Shown here: positions 1 through 9,710 of the stretch, one piece after another | Layout: the number at the start of each line of letters is the position of its first letter | How positions within the stretch are numbered: position 1 is the stretch's first letter | Origin: an uncultured Acidobacteriota bacterium | GTDB lineage: Bacteria > Acidobacteriota > Thermoanaerobaculia > Multivoradales > JAHEKO01 | Assembly: GCA_963713825.1 (NCBI GenBank) | Contig: CAVQNG010000003.1 | Location: forward strand, 384,001-448,000 | Reading direction: 5' to 3' | Length of the DNA: 64,000 nt | Position numbers and translations under genes: made by a program | Notes under the pieces: model-generated | The model's input: only the letters and a program-made list of their open reading frames with translations | Database searches by the model: none | Told to the model about the DNA's origin: nothing

Positions 1-1
1 C

Positions 2-1144
2 GTTCTGGCGGTCGGTATGACCGACGAGGTAGCCACCGAGCTGAACCGGTTCCAGGACCTCGTCGTCATTCCCTGCCAACTAGCTCACCCGAGCGACGGC
101 GGGCTGCCGAGCCCGATGGAGCTCGGCACGGAAACCGGCGCGCGCTTCCTGCTGCAGGGGACCATTCGCAGGGATCCGAAGACGGTGAAGGTCTCGGCGC
201 ACCTGACCGATGCGAAGAACGGCCGGCAGATCTGGGCCGAAGCCTATTCGCACCCTCTGGACGCAAGTCGCCTCATCGCGACGCAGGAAGCGATTGCGCG
301 CAGTGTCGTCGAGGCGATCGGCGGCGAGTACGGAATCATCGCGCGACGGTTGTCGGCCGAGTCCCGGAGAAAGTCTCCGGCTGAGCTGGACACCTACGAA
401 GCCATGCTCCGCTACTACTCCCACCAGATCGCGCCCTCGCCGGAGTCGAGTGAGGCCTGCTTCATGGCGCTACAGAAGGCCGCGGAGCGAGAGCCGGACT
501 ACGGCCCGGTCTGGTCGGCGTTGGCGACTCTCTACAGTCAGATGTACTCGGTGGATGCTCCAGGGTTCGACCGACCGCTCGAGACCGCCCTGCGTTACGC
601 CCGCCGGGGGGTCTACCTGGAGCCTGGCTCCCAGCTCGCCCGCCTCATCCTGGCTTATGCCAGTTATCTGAGCGAGGACTCCGAGGTTTTTCAGCAGGAG
701 ATCGAGACGGCCCTGACCCTGAATCCCAACTCCCCTTACACAGTTGGAACAGCCGGCTACTTCCACGTGATGCGCGGGGACTTCGAGCTCGGTCTGCCGC
801 TTCTGGACCGGGCCATCGCGATGAACCCCTGCCATCCGAGGTGGTTTCATGGCGCCTATATCGTCGACGGCCTCCATCGACGCGACTACACCCGTGCCCT
901 GCTCGATCTCGAGAGGCACCGGCCGTTCCTGCGCTTCTGGATCCCGGTCGTCTACGCCGCGATTCTGGGCAAGCTCGGGCGTATCGAGGAAGCGAACGTC
1001 CATCTCCGGAAGTTGGAGGAGCAGAAGCCAGAGTTTGCTCACCGGGCCCGAGAGCTGTTTCGTCGAACTCTGAAGATCGACTCGATCATCGACGACCTGA
1101 TCGATGGGCTCGGCAGGGCGGGCCTGTCGATCGACGACAGCTGA
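2..1144 (+). CDS. TolB-like domain + TPR protein, 5'-truncated by the window edge
   Basis: Frame is open from base 2. LQGTIRRDPKTVKVSAHLTDAKNGRQIWAEAY is a TolB-like motif, followed by TPR-like helices. Resembles the C-terminal half of the kinase at 47409. Confidence 0.8.
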   Translation, partial: VLAVGMTDEVATELNRFQDLVVIPCQLAHPSDGGLPSPMELGTETGARFLLQGTIRRDPKTVKVSAHLTDAKNGRQIWAEAYSHPLDASRLIATQEAIARSVVEAIGGEYGIIARRLSAESRRKSPAELDTYEAMLRYYSHQIAPSPESSEACFMALQKAAEREPDYGPVWSALATLYSQMYSVDAPGFDRPLETALRYARRGVYLEPGSQLARLILAYASYLSEDSEVFQQEIETALTLNPNSPYTVGTAGYFHVMRGDFELGLPLLDRAIAMNPCHPRWFHGAYIVDGLHRRDYTRALLDLERHRPFLRFWIPVVYAAILGKLGRIEEANVHLRKLEEQKPEFAHRARELFRRTLKIDSIIDDLIDGLGRAGLSIDDS

Positions 1145-1216
1145 GATCTCCCCGAACGCTGCGCTAGCGGACCCACCTCGATCTGGAGAAGGGTCGCGGA
1201 CTCGCTCCGTCTTGTT

Positions 1217-1233
1217 TTTATCTGTTTCAACAA
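1217..1233. promoter_or_regulatory. Putative MarR operator, site 1 (TTTATCTGTTTCAACAA)
   Basis: 15/17 identical to 1729-1745; core inverted repeat TGTT-N2-AACA; directly upstream of the MarR gene. Confidence 0.7.
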
Positions 1234-1246
1234 CTAATATCGAGCA

Positions 1247-1711
1247 GTGACTGAAAAACTCTTAAAAGAGCTCAAGCAGAGTCGCCCCTTCGGTAGCCTC
1301 GAGGAGGCTACTTTCCTCTCTTTGCAAAGGACGGCGAGCACCTGGATGCAGGCCCTGGCCCACAGACTGCGGCCCTTCGACCTCACACCGACTCAATACA
1401 ACGTCCTGCGGATTCTTCGGGGAGCTCATCCCGGGTCGCTGACCTGTACTCAGATTGGGGAACGCATGGTCACTCCGGTTCCCGATGTCACAAGACTTCT
1501 CGACAGGCTCTTGGCACGTCACCTGGTGTGGAAGGCCCGAGACGAAACCGACCGCCGCATCATGAGGGTGGAGATCTCTGGCCAGGGCCTCGAGCTACTC
1601 GCATCTCTCGACGAGCAAGTGCTTTCCTGGCTCCAGGAGCTCCTGTCACCACTCGAGCAGGAGGAAATGCGGACTCTCGGCGCTCTGGCAGCCAAAGCGC
1701 GACACGCGTGA
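1247..1711 (+). CDS. MarR family transcriptional regulator (MhqR-like context)
   Basis: LTPTQYNVLRIL...VTRLLDRL...DRR winged-helix motifs; GTG start. Confidence 0.9.
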   Translation: MTEKLLKELKQSRPFGSLEEATFLSLQRTASTWMQALAHRLRPFDLTPTQYNVLRILRGAHPGSLTCTQIGERMVTPVPDVTRLLDRLLARHLVWKARDETDRRIMRVEISGQGLELLASLDEQVLSWLQELLSPLEQEEMRTLGALAAKARHA

Positions 1712-1728
1712 GTGGAATTTCTCGGCTA

Positions 1729-1745
1729 TTTATCTGTTATAACAA
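1729..1745. promoter_or_regulatory. Putative MarR operator, site 2 (TTTATCTGTTATAACAA)
   Basis: Second copy of the motif, upstream of the dioxygenase gene. Confidence 0.7.
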
Positions 1746-1777
1746 GCAACTTGGAAACACTAGCTATGGAGGTCTCT

Positions 1778-2740
1778 ATGAGCCAAATAGCCCAGGGAAT
1801 TCACCATGTCACCGCCATCGCCGGCGATGCGCAGCGCAATCTCGACTTCTACGCCGGACTCCTCGGCCTGCGCCTGGTCAAGCGGACGGTCAACTTCGAC
1901 GATCCGGGTACCTACCACCTCTACTACGGTGACGAAGAAGGCCGGCCGGGAACCATCATGACCTTCTTTCCCTGGAAGGGAGCGCCGCGGGGAAGCATTG
2001 GCGCCGGTCAGACCAGCGCCACCGCCTTCTCCGTGCCCGAAGGGTCCCTCGGATTCTGGGAGGAGCGCCTGAGCACCGCCGGTCTGCCAGTGGAGAGCCC
2101 TTCGAGTCGCTTCGATGAGCAGGTGCTCGCCTTTGCCGACCCTGATGGTCTCCGACTCGAGCTGGTGGCCCATGCAGGGGTTGCAGACCTGCCGCCTTGG
2201 CAGGACGGTCCGGTACCGTCGGTCCACGCGATTCGCTCGTTTCACGGTGTCACTCTCGTGGAGCGCTCCCTGGAGGCGACTGCCGAGATCCTCACCAATA
2301 GTCTCGGTTTCGAGGCCGGCCACTCCTCCGAGAGTAGGTACCGTTTCAATGCCCCCGACGGAGGCCCCGGGTCCCGGGTGGACATCGTCGTTCGTCCCGA
2401 ACAGGCCTTTGGACGAATTGCCGTCGGTTCCGTCCACCATGTGGCCTTCCGCATCGCTGGAGACGAGGAACAGATCCTCTGGCGTAGCGAGGCGCTCGCC
2501 AGGGGACTGCAGGTGACTCCAGTGCAGGATCGCAACTACTTCCATTCGGTCTACTTTCGTGAGCCCGGCGGTGTGCTGTTCGAGGTCGCCACGGATCCGC
2601 CCGGCTTCACAGTGGACGAGAGCGTGGCTGAATTGGGCGCCTCGCTCCGTCTGCCCGATTGGCTCGAGCCCGAGCGCGAGGTTCTGGAAGCGAAGCTTCC
2701 TCCTCTCGACTTGCCGTCAGTCGAGCCGGTGGCATCATGA
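1778..2740 (+). CDS. Ring-cleaving dioxygenase, VOC/glyoxalase family (MhqO/LinE-like)
   Basis: GIHHVTAI, KRTVNFDDPGTYHLYYGD, VHHVAF, YFHSVYFREPGGVLFEVAT; GGAGG RBS before ATG 1778. Confidence 0.92.
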   Translation: MSQIAQGIHHVTAIAGDAQRNLDFYAGLLGLRLVKRTVNFDDPGTYHLYYGDEEGRPGTIMTFFPWKGAPRGSIGAGQTSATAFSVPEGSLGFWEERLSTAGLPVESPSSRFDEQVLAFADPDGLRLELVAHAGVADLPPWQDGPVPSVHAIRSFHGVTLVERSLEATAEILTNSLGFEAGHSSESRYRFNAPDGGPGSRVDIVVRPEQAFGRIAVGSVHHVAFRIAGDEEQILWRSEALARGLQVTPVQDRNYFHSVYFREPGGVLFEVATDPPGFTVDESVAELGASLRLPDWLEPEREVLEAKLPPLDLPSVEPVAS

Positions 2741-3381
2741 GCGCCTTCGGGCCTCACGCGGCACAGCCGACAGCCTACGGCGGCCTGCCGCCGGAAGAGG
2801 CTACTGTGGCCTTGGTGTTGGTGCACGGTCGCGGCGGCAGCGCCGAAGACATTCTCGCCCTTGCGGAGTTCGTCGACCCTCGGAACCTCACCGTCGTCGC
2901 ACCACAAGCCGCGGGCCACACCTGGTACCCGCAGAGCTTCCTCGCACCTGTCGCCGCGAACGAGCCCGGCCGCAGCTCTGGACTCTCGGTCCTCGAGTCG
3001 ATCGTGCAAGAGCTCGCGGCTGGAGGAATCCCGCCTGAGAGACTGGTCCTGGCCGGCTTCTCTCAGGGAGCCTGTCTGACCCTCGAGTTCGTCGCTCGCC
3101 ACCCGCAGAGATTTGGCGCCGTTGCGGGACTGACAGGAGGGCTGATCGGTCCTCCTGGCACTCTCGGTGGTTACCAAGGCTCGCTCGAGGGCACACCGAT
3201 CTTCCTCGGGTCGGGTGATCCCGATCCTCACGTGCCCTGGGCCCGAGTCGAAGAGACTGCCGCCATCCTGGAGCAGCTCGGAGCACAGGTCGAGCTCGCG
3301 CGCTACCCGGGTCGCGCCCACACCATCAGCGAGGACGAGGTGCGGCACCTGGGCTCCCTCGTCGAGCTGGTCAGAAACTGA
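2737..3381 (+). CDS. Phospholipase/carboxylesterase (MhqD-like alpha/beta hydrolase)
   Basis: HGRGG, GFSQG nucleophile, DPHVP, AHTI; ATGA overlap with the upstream stop. Confidence 0.9.
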   Translation: MSAFGPHAAQPTAYGGLPPEEATVALVLVHGRGGSAEDILALAEFVDPRNLTVVAPQAAGHTWYPQSFLAPVAANEPGRSSGLSVLESIVQELAAGGIPPERLVLAGFSQGACLTLEFVARHPQRFGAVAGLTGGLIGPPGTLGGYQGSLEGTPIFLGSGDPDPHVPWARVEETAAILEQLGAQVELARYPGRAHTISEDEVRHLGSLVELVRN

Positions 3382-3665
3382 AAGGGGGTCCCGATCTCGA
3401 CATCTGGGACGCCAGACTGGTCAAGGCCAGAGGCGAGCCCCTGGAGCACATCGACGACAGCGAAAAGGCGGATCGCTGACCACCCACACCTGCCCAGCTC
3501 CAACCTCCTCGACGCATAGGTAGACCGAGCTAGCGAGCTCACAGGATTCTGCGCCGGACCCGCAGACGCGATGGGCGTAACGCGGCCCTTTGGATCAGCA
3601 CGGAACCACCACCTGTACAATGAGATGACCTTCTCGACCAGGTTGACCGGGAACGATCCGACTTC

Positions 3666-6399
3666 ATGATCGGCCAGACTCTCTCTCACTTCAAGATCAC
3701 TCGCCAAGCTCGGCGAGGGTGGTATGGGTGAGGTCTATCGAGCCGAAGACACCAAGCTCGGTCGCGATGTTGCGATCAAGGTGCTGCCCGAGGCGGTCGC
3801 CAGCGACCCTGAGCGCCTGGCTCGGTTCGAGCGCGAGGCCAAGCTGCTGGCCTCGCTCAACCACCCGAGTATCGCGGCGATCTACTCCTTCGAATCTACC
3901 GAACGGGAGGGGGCAAGCCCCTCCCCTACACCTGATGAGCTTCTCCTGAGCCCTACTCTCCACTTTCTCGTCATGGAGCTTGCTCTGGGCGACGATCTGA
4001 CCCACTACATCAGCCAGGGTCCCTTACCGATTCAAAGGGCACTGCCCATTGCGAAGCAAATTGCCGAGGCGCTGGAGGCGGCGCACGAAAAGGGGATCAT
4101 TCATCGAGACCTGAAACCGGCCAACATCAAGGTAGACACCAATGGTCAGGTGAAGGTGCTGGACTTCGGACTGGCGAAGGCGCTCGACCCTTCAAGAGCG
4201 TCAGGACCCCAGGACCCCAGGACCTCTCCATGTCGCCGACCCTGACCGCCCAGATGACCCAACCAGGGATCGTCCTTGGCACAGCCGCCTATATGAGCCC
4301 GGAGCAGGCGCGAGGCCAGAGCGTCGATGAGCGCACCGACATCTGGTCGTTCGGATGCGTGCTTTGGGAGAGCTTGACTGGCGAGACGTTGTTCGGCGGC
4401 CCAACGGCATCCGATTCGATCGGGGCCATCCTGCAAACCGAGCCAGACTGGGAGGATCTTCCGGCGGACACGCCATCGACCGTGAGGCGCCTGCTGAGAC
4501 GGTGCCTCGCCAAGGATCCACACGACCGACTGCACCACATCGCCGACGCGCGGATCGAACTGGAGGACACAGAACCCCCGTCTGAGCCCACCGCAGTGCG
4601 TTCGACGCGCGGCTACAGGATCACCGTCGCGATTCTGGCGATCGCTCTGATCGCGAGCCTGGCCGCTTGGCTGCTACCTGTCTGCGCAACCGGCAGCCGA
4701 CCAGGCCAGCTCGGAGAGAGACAATCCTCTCGCCGGCGCCAGGTTCAGCAAGGTCACCAACTTCGCAGGGTCCGAGTTCGATGCCGCGATCTCACCAGAC
4801 GGCAGATTTGTCGCTTTTGTCTCCGATCGAGACGGGCCGTTCGAGGTTTTCGTAGGTCAACTCGGGACGGGCGAATTCCGCAACTTGGCGTCCGGCGCGG
4901 ATGAGGCCACGGTCCAAGACGCCCGCGCACCGGTACGCAGCGTCGGGTTCAACAGCGACGGGTCGGAGATCTGGCTTGGCGGTGGCCCGTGGCAAAGGGT
5001 GCGATCGATTCCCCTGCTGGGTGGCCCGATGCGCAACTTCCTCGGAGAAGACGTCGTCAACGTGGATTGGTCGCCCGACGGCGAGCGCATCGTCTATCAC
5101 GAGCGTCTCGCGGGAGACCCGCTCTATGTCGCTGACCGCAACGGAGCGAATGCTCAACTGATCCTCGATCCACCTGCGGGAACACACCAGCACTATCCGA
5201 CATGGTCGGCCGACGGAGAGTCGATCTACGTCGTGCGCGGCCGACCGATAACCCTCGAAATGGACCTTTGGCGTGTGCACGCGGACGGCGAGGGATTGGA
5301 GCAACTGACCTGGCGGAAGCTGGACGTGCGATACCCGACACCGATCGATGAAAGGACCGTGCTTTACAGCGCGCGCGATGCGGACGGCGCCGGGCCGTGG
5401 CTGTGGGCGGTGGACGTGGAGACCAAGGTCTCGCGACGGGCCAGCGTCGGGCTCGAACAGTACGCTTCCGTGGCGGCCAGTGCCGACGGAAGCCGTCTGG
5501 TCGCAACAGTCCAAGATCGTCGAGCAGGCCTGTGGAGTGTGCCGATTCTCGACCGTCTGGCGGCCGAGAGTGATGTCAAGCCCTTTGCCGACCTGTCGAC
5601 GACGCGTGCGCTCGCGCCGCGCTTCGGTGGTTCCTCGCTGTTCTATTTGTCGTCGCGGGGCAGCGGCGATGGATTGTGGCGTTACGAGGGGGGAAAAGCC
5701 CGGGAGATCTGGCGAGGCAGCGAGACGGCATTGCTCCAGCCGGCTGCGGTCTCGCCCGACGGCGATTCGGTCTCACTGGTGCTGCGACGCGATGACGGAT
5801 GGCACTTGAGCGTTCTCAGCGCCGACGGTGCCGAGATCAGGGCACTATCGAAGAGCGTGGATGTCCGGGGCGCAGGCGCATGGTCGCCAGATGGGAAGTG
5901 GATCGTCACGGGAGGCATCGCAGACGATCAACCAGGGCTATTCAAGATCCCCGCGGACGGCGGCGAACCGATGCGAATCGCCAACGGAGAGGCGACGAAT
6001 CCCGTGTGGTCGCCGGACGGGAACTTGATCGTCTACGCTGGTGCACAGGTGAACGTGGTATCACCGCTGTTGGCCGTCAACCCCGATGGAGCTCCGGTCG
6101 AGCTGCCGGAGATCAGGGTTTTTCGAGCCGGCGAGCGCATACGATTCCTTCCCAGTGGTACGGGACTCGTCTACATGCGAGGCTTCGGGCTCACTCAGGA
6201 CTTCTGGGTGCTCGATCTCGCCACGATGGAGAGCCGCCAACTGACCCAACTCGACTCGACAGCCAAGATGCGCACCTTCGACATCACCCCTGACGGAACT
6301 CAGATAGTGTTCGACCGATTGAGCGAGGATTCCGATATTGTGCTCATCGAGTTGAGCGAGCCCTCTGCGAACCGACGAGAAACCCCACAGACCGACTAG
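3666..6399 (+). pseudogene. Ser/Thr kinase + TM + PD40/TolB beta-propeller, split by 3 frameshifts (pseudogene or assembly error)
   Basis: MIGQTLSHFKIT start, GEGGMGEVY, HRDLKPAN, DFG, YMSPE, repeated WSPDG. Frame breaks at ~3701, ~4210 and ~4670-4720. Confidence 0.8.
3905..3929 (-). repeat. GTAG-family REP-like palindrome inside a CDS
   Basis: Minus strand reads GTAG GGGAGGGG CTTGC CCCCTCCC; related copies at 57037 and 63308. Confidence 0.7.
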
Positions 6400-6421
6400 G
6401 CTTCGAACTGCATCTCGTCAC

Positions 6422-6463
6422 AAGAAACAACCGCCGGGCAACTCGTCATGAGTCACCCGGCGG
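6422..6463 (-). terminator. Rho-independent terminator of the ECF/DUF4097 operon
   Basis: CCGCCGGG...CCCGGCGG stem followed on the minus strand by TTGTTTCTT. Confidence 0.65.
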
Positions 6464-6495
6464 CAAGAGAACATCGATCTCTTGGCGGCAGGCCT

Positions 6496-7308
6496 CTACT
6501 GGGTCTTGCGCAGAATGATGTCGCCGTGGAAGGTCTTGAACCGCAGCTCGGGGCCGCCCCCGCCGATCGAGCCCTCGACCGCCTTCTCCATGCGGACCCG
6601 GTAGCTGCCACCACCCTCCTGCTCGCGGGTCACCTTCGCCTGGGTTGGCTGCAGCTGCAGGTCGAAGTCCGTGTACACATCTCCCTGACCCGACTGCATG
6701 AACAGGTTGGCCTGGACCGCCGCTGGCAGGGTCACTTCGACATCGCCGTTGAAGGTACTGAACGACATGGGCGTGTCGGCATCGACCTCGAGCAACTCGA
6801 CCACAACCTCTCCGTTCGTCGTGTTGGCGACGACCGAGCCACGCATGTTCCTGGCCGTGATCTCACCGTTGGTGTGGCTCAGCTCGTGGGTGCCCTGGAC
6901 CCCTTCCACCTCGATGAAGCCACCATTGACAGCGCTGAGGCGTAGAGAGGTCTGATAGGGAACCTTGATCGACAGAGCAACTTCTTCCTTGGACCAGTCG
7001 GTACCGATCTCGACCTTGTTGCCCTTCTCCTCGACGGTGACGCCCGCCGAATAGCTGGGGATGCGCGTCAATCCCTCGCGCTCCTCCCCATCGGACTCGT
7101 CGTCGTGCTCCTCTTCGAAGGTCACTTCAACCTGGACTTCGGCCCCTTCATAGCCCACCACTGTGATGGAGCCCATCAATACCGAAGCCTCCAGCACCGC
7201 GGGTTGCCCCGGATTGCTCAGCGGCACCACGAAGTTCTGTGGCTGGGCTGCAAGAGCACCACACATCAGGGTCATACAGGTCAGGATCATCAGGCTCGTT
7301 CTTCGCAT
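6496..7308 (-). CDS. DUF4097 beta-strand repeat exported protein
   Basis: Signal peptide MRRTSLMIL; repeated TNGEI/TFNGDV/TFHGDI motifs; GAGG RBS before ATG 7308. Confidence 0.8.
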   Translation of the reverse strand: MRRTSLMILTCMTLMCGALAAQPQNFVVPLSNPGQPAVLEASVLMGSITVVGYEGAEVQVEVTFEEEHDDESDGEEREGLTRIPSYSAGVTVEEKGNKVEIGTDWSKEEVALSIKVPYQTSLRLSAVNGGFIEVEGVQGTHELSHTNGEITARNMRGSVVANTTNGEVVVELLEVDADTPMSFSTFNGDVEVTLPAAVQANLFMQSGQGDVYTDFDLQLQPTQAKVTREQEGGGSYRVRMEKAVEGSIGGGGPELRFKTFHGDIILRKTQ

Positions 7309-7322
7309 GGTTTTCACCTCTT

Positions 7323-8189
7323 TCAACTCGTCCCCTTGCGGACGTAAATGTTGCCGTTCAGTGTTTCGAAGGAATGGGTCGGGCCTCCACCGTCCACCCG
7401 CACCCGCGAGCCACGCTGCAGCTCGATGACGGTACGCCCGCCTTCCGTGCGTTTCGTCGGCGGCGGGGAAGGCAGTGCTTCGACTTTGTACTCGCTCCAC
7501 AGCTCCCCCCACCGTGCCACCATCTCGAGGTCGGCTGAGAGACCGGGCTGAAAGCTCACGTCGATCTTGCCGTTGATGGTCTCGAAGTGGCTGTTCTTCT
7601 TGGGATTCGAGACAAAGCTCGCCACCACAGGGCCATTGACCGTCGTCGCTTCGCCGGATCCAGCCAGCCCCGAAAGCTCGATGGAACCGTTGACGTTGTT
7701 GACGACAAAATCTCCGCGCACGCCAGAGACCTCGATGTCGCCGTGATTTACGGTTCGCACCTCGATATCGGTGTCATGAGGCACACGGATCCGAAAGTCG
7801 TAGATCACTTCATAGCGGTCATGCCAGTTGTTCCAGCAGTTCCCTTGCTCGGTCCTGTCATGACAGCGGAAGGGACCATCGACGTAGAACTCGACCTCGC
7901 CGTCCTGCTTGTTGACTTGTAGCTCGACCTCACGCCTCGCCTGGTCGATCCGCTCTGCCGTTCTTGCGCGGACGGTCTCGACGGCGGTCATTTCGACCGT
8001 CTCGCCTTCATAGCCTTCGACTGTGATCGAGCCCCAGACGTTGTCCACGATGACGCGCTGAGGCCCAGAGCGCTCGAGCGCAATCGACCGATTGAGGGTC
8101 CGACTGTCGCTCAGCTGCTCGGCCGAACTGGGTATCGCGAGCGTGAGGGCAATCAGAACTACCGATAGATTTCGATTCCTTTGGCGCAT
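7323..8189 (-). CDS. DUF4097 beta-strand repeat exported protein
   Basis: Signal peptide; VNGSI/TVNGPV/TINGKI/TLNGNI repeats. Confidence 0.8.
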   Translation of the reverse strand: MRQRNRNLSVVLIALTLAIPSSAEQLSDSRTLNRSIALERSGPQRVIVDNVWGSITVEGYEGETVEMTAVETVRARTAERIDQARREVELQVNKQDGEVEFYVDGPFRCHDRTEQGNCWNNWHDRYEVIYDFRIRVPHDTDIEVRTVNHGDIEVSGVRGDFVVNNVNGSIELSGLAGSGEATTVNGPVVASFVSNPKKNSHFETINGKIDVSFQPGLSADLEMVARWGELWSEYKVEALPSPPPTKRTEGGRTVIELQRGSRVRVDGGGPTHSFETLNGNIYVRKGTS

Positions 8190-8989
8190 TACAGGCTCTC
8201 CGCTTGGGCTGCGTAGTACTCGAGTAGGGTCTGGTCGACATCGCTGGCCTCTCTCAGTCTCTGCAGCTCACCATTGCGCAGCCCCTCCTCGCCAGCGACA
8301 GCCTCGAGCACTGCCAGCTGCACGAGAGGAGATTTCTCGACTTCGAGGGAGTTCATCAAACTGGTGCGGACGGCTCCCTGGTCGACATACCCCGCCAGGG
8401 CGTCCACAGCTGCCAGCCGCACGTTGACGTTGGGATCCGAGCGGGCCGAGTCCAACAGCGCGGTCAGGACCTGCTCATCGCCTCCCGCCATCCGACTCCA
8501 GCTGACTGCTCGAAGACGCTCGGAGGCCGACTGGTGCTGTAGCAGTGAGACCGTGACAACGCGGCTCATCGTTTCGACTTCGGCCCTGAGCTCGGCGAGA
8601 TCCTCGTTCGTCGCCTGGCGCCAAGTCATGCCAGCACCCAGAAAGACACCCACGAGCAGAACAGCAGCCGAAAACGCCGCCTGCCATGCTGGCCGTGCCG
8701 TCCACGGACCGGCCCACCAATCGCTGAATCCGGGCCGGGGAGTCTCGTGAAGATTGGTCTCGAAGTCGGCCAGAGCCAACTGAAATCGGCGAGTCAGCTT
8801 CTCACTGGGGACTTCTTGTGGCGATTCGTCGAGACTCCCGAGCTCATGCCACAGCGTCTCCATCTCCGTCGCTTCCTCGCCGCACCGTTCACAGGACGCC
8901 AGGTGCTCGTCGAGCTCCCGCCGATCCTCGGTACCCAGGGCGCCCATCAGGGAGTCCATCAGCAGCTTGTCGGCTTTGTCGCAGTTCAT
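8189..8989 (-). CDS. Anti-sigma factor (zf-HC2 + TM + HEAT repeat)
   Basis: HLASCERC (HxxxCxxC), one TM helix, DPNVNVRLAAVDAL HEAT repeat. Confidence 0.88.
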   Translation of the reverse strand: MNCDKADKLLMDSLMGALGTEDRRELDEHLASCERCGEEATEMETLWHELGSLDESPQEVPSEKLTRRFQLALADFETNLHETPRPGFSDWWAGPWTARPAWQAAFSAAVLLVGVFLGAGMTWRQATNEDLAELRAEVETMSRVVTVSLLQHQSASERLRAVSWSRMAGGDEQVLTALLDSARSDPNVNVRLAAVDALAGYVDQGAVRTSLMNSLEVEKSPLVQLAVLEAVAGEEGLRNGELQRLREASDVDQTLLEYYAAQAESL

Positions 8990-9543
8990 GACTCGCCCTC
9001 TTTCAACATCTCGCTGTAGGTGTCGCGCAATTGATTCATCGCCCGGTGCACCCGCACCTTGACCGCCCCGACCGAGCAGCCCAGAAGCTCGGCGATCTCG
9101 TCGTAGTGGCGAAACTCGAATCGACTCAAGATCAACACCTCACGACGCTCGACTGGCAAGCGCAGCAGGGCCTGGCGCAACAAGCAGACCTGCTCCCTTT
9201 GTTGGGCGGCGTCGAGGGCGCTGGGGTCGGGACTGATTGCCTCGACCAAGTCCTCCCCTGTGATTGGAAAGCGTTGGTTCTTGTGGAAGTGGTCGTTGCA
9301 TACGTTGCGCGCCAGCCGATAGAGCCAGGGCAGGAAGTCAGCATCGCCACGAAAGGTCTGGCGGTACTTCAGGGCCCGCATGAAGGCCTCCTGCACCAGG
9401 TCCTCACTCGCTGCCGGACTGCCCGTCATCCGCAGGCAGAAGTTGTAGATCCTCTCGTGATGACGCTCGAAAAGAGTTCCCATTCCGCCGACTTCGCCTT
9501 TTTGCACCGCGATCATGAGCTCCAGGTCCGTAGGTTGATTCAC
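8986..9543 (-). CDS. ECF RNA polymerase sigma factor
   Basis: EDLVQEAF, WLYRLARN, YDEIAELLGCSVGAVKVRVHRA. GTG 9543 preferred because ATG 9594 lies inside the putative promoter. Confidence 0.9.
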   Translation of the reverse strand: MNQPTDLELMIAVQKGEVGGMGTLFERHHERIYNFCLRMTGSPAASEDLVQEAFMRALKYRQTFRGDADFLPWLYRLARNVCNDHFHKNQRFPITGEDLVEAISPDPSALDAAQQREQVCLLRQALLRLPVERREVLILSRFEFRHYDEIAELLGCSVGAVKVRVHRAMNQLRDTYSEMLKEGES

Positions 9544-9583
9544 GCTCCGTTCGCTCCCTCTCCCATTCCCGTCTTCTGTAGTG

Positions 9584-9611
9584 ATGACCGTCATAACAAG
9601 AAAAGGTTACA
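9584..9611 (-). promoter_or_regulatory. Putative autoregulatory ECF promoter (TGTAACC...GTCAT)
   Basis: Minus strand TGTAACCTTTTCTTGTTATGACGGTCAT matches the AAC(-35)/GTC(-10) ECF pattern. Confidence 0.55.
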
Positions 9612-9710
9612 GGTGGCCTTCTCCCGGTCAAGAAGCAGATCCAGAACAGCCCTGGAGAGCCGCTGTACCGTGGTGGCCCGGAACACTGCCGCCCGGACCC
9701 ATCAGGCGCC

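Noticed and set aside
3382-3665. Protein-like stretch PDLDIWDARLVKARGEPLEHIDD in a spacer
   Set aside because: No start codon and no recognisable family; cannot be supported.
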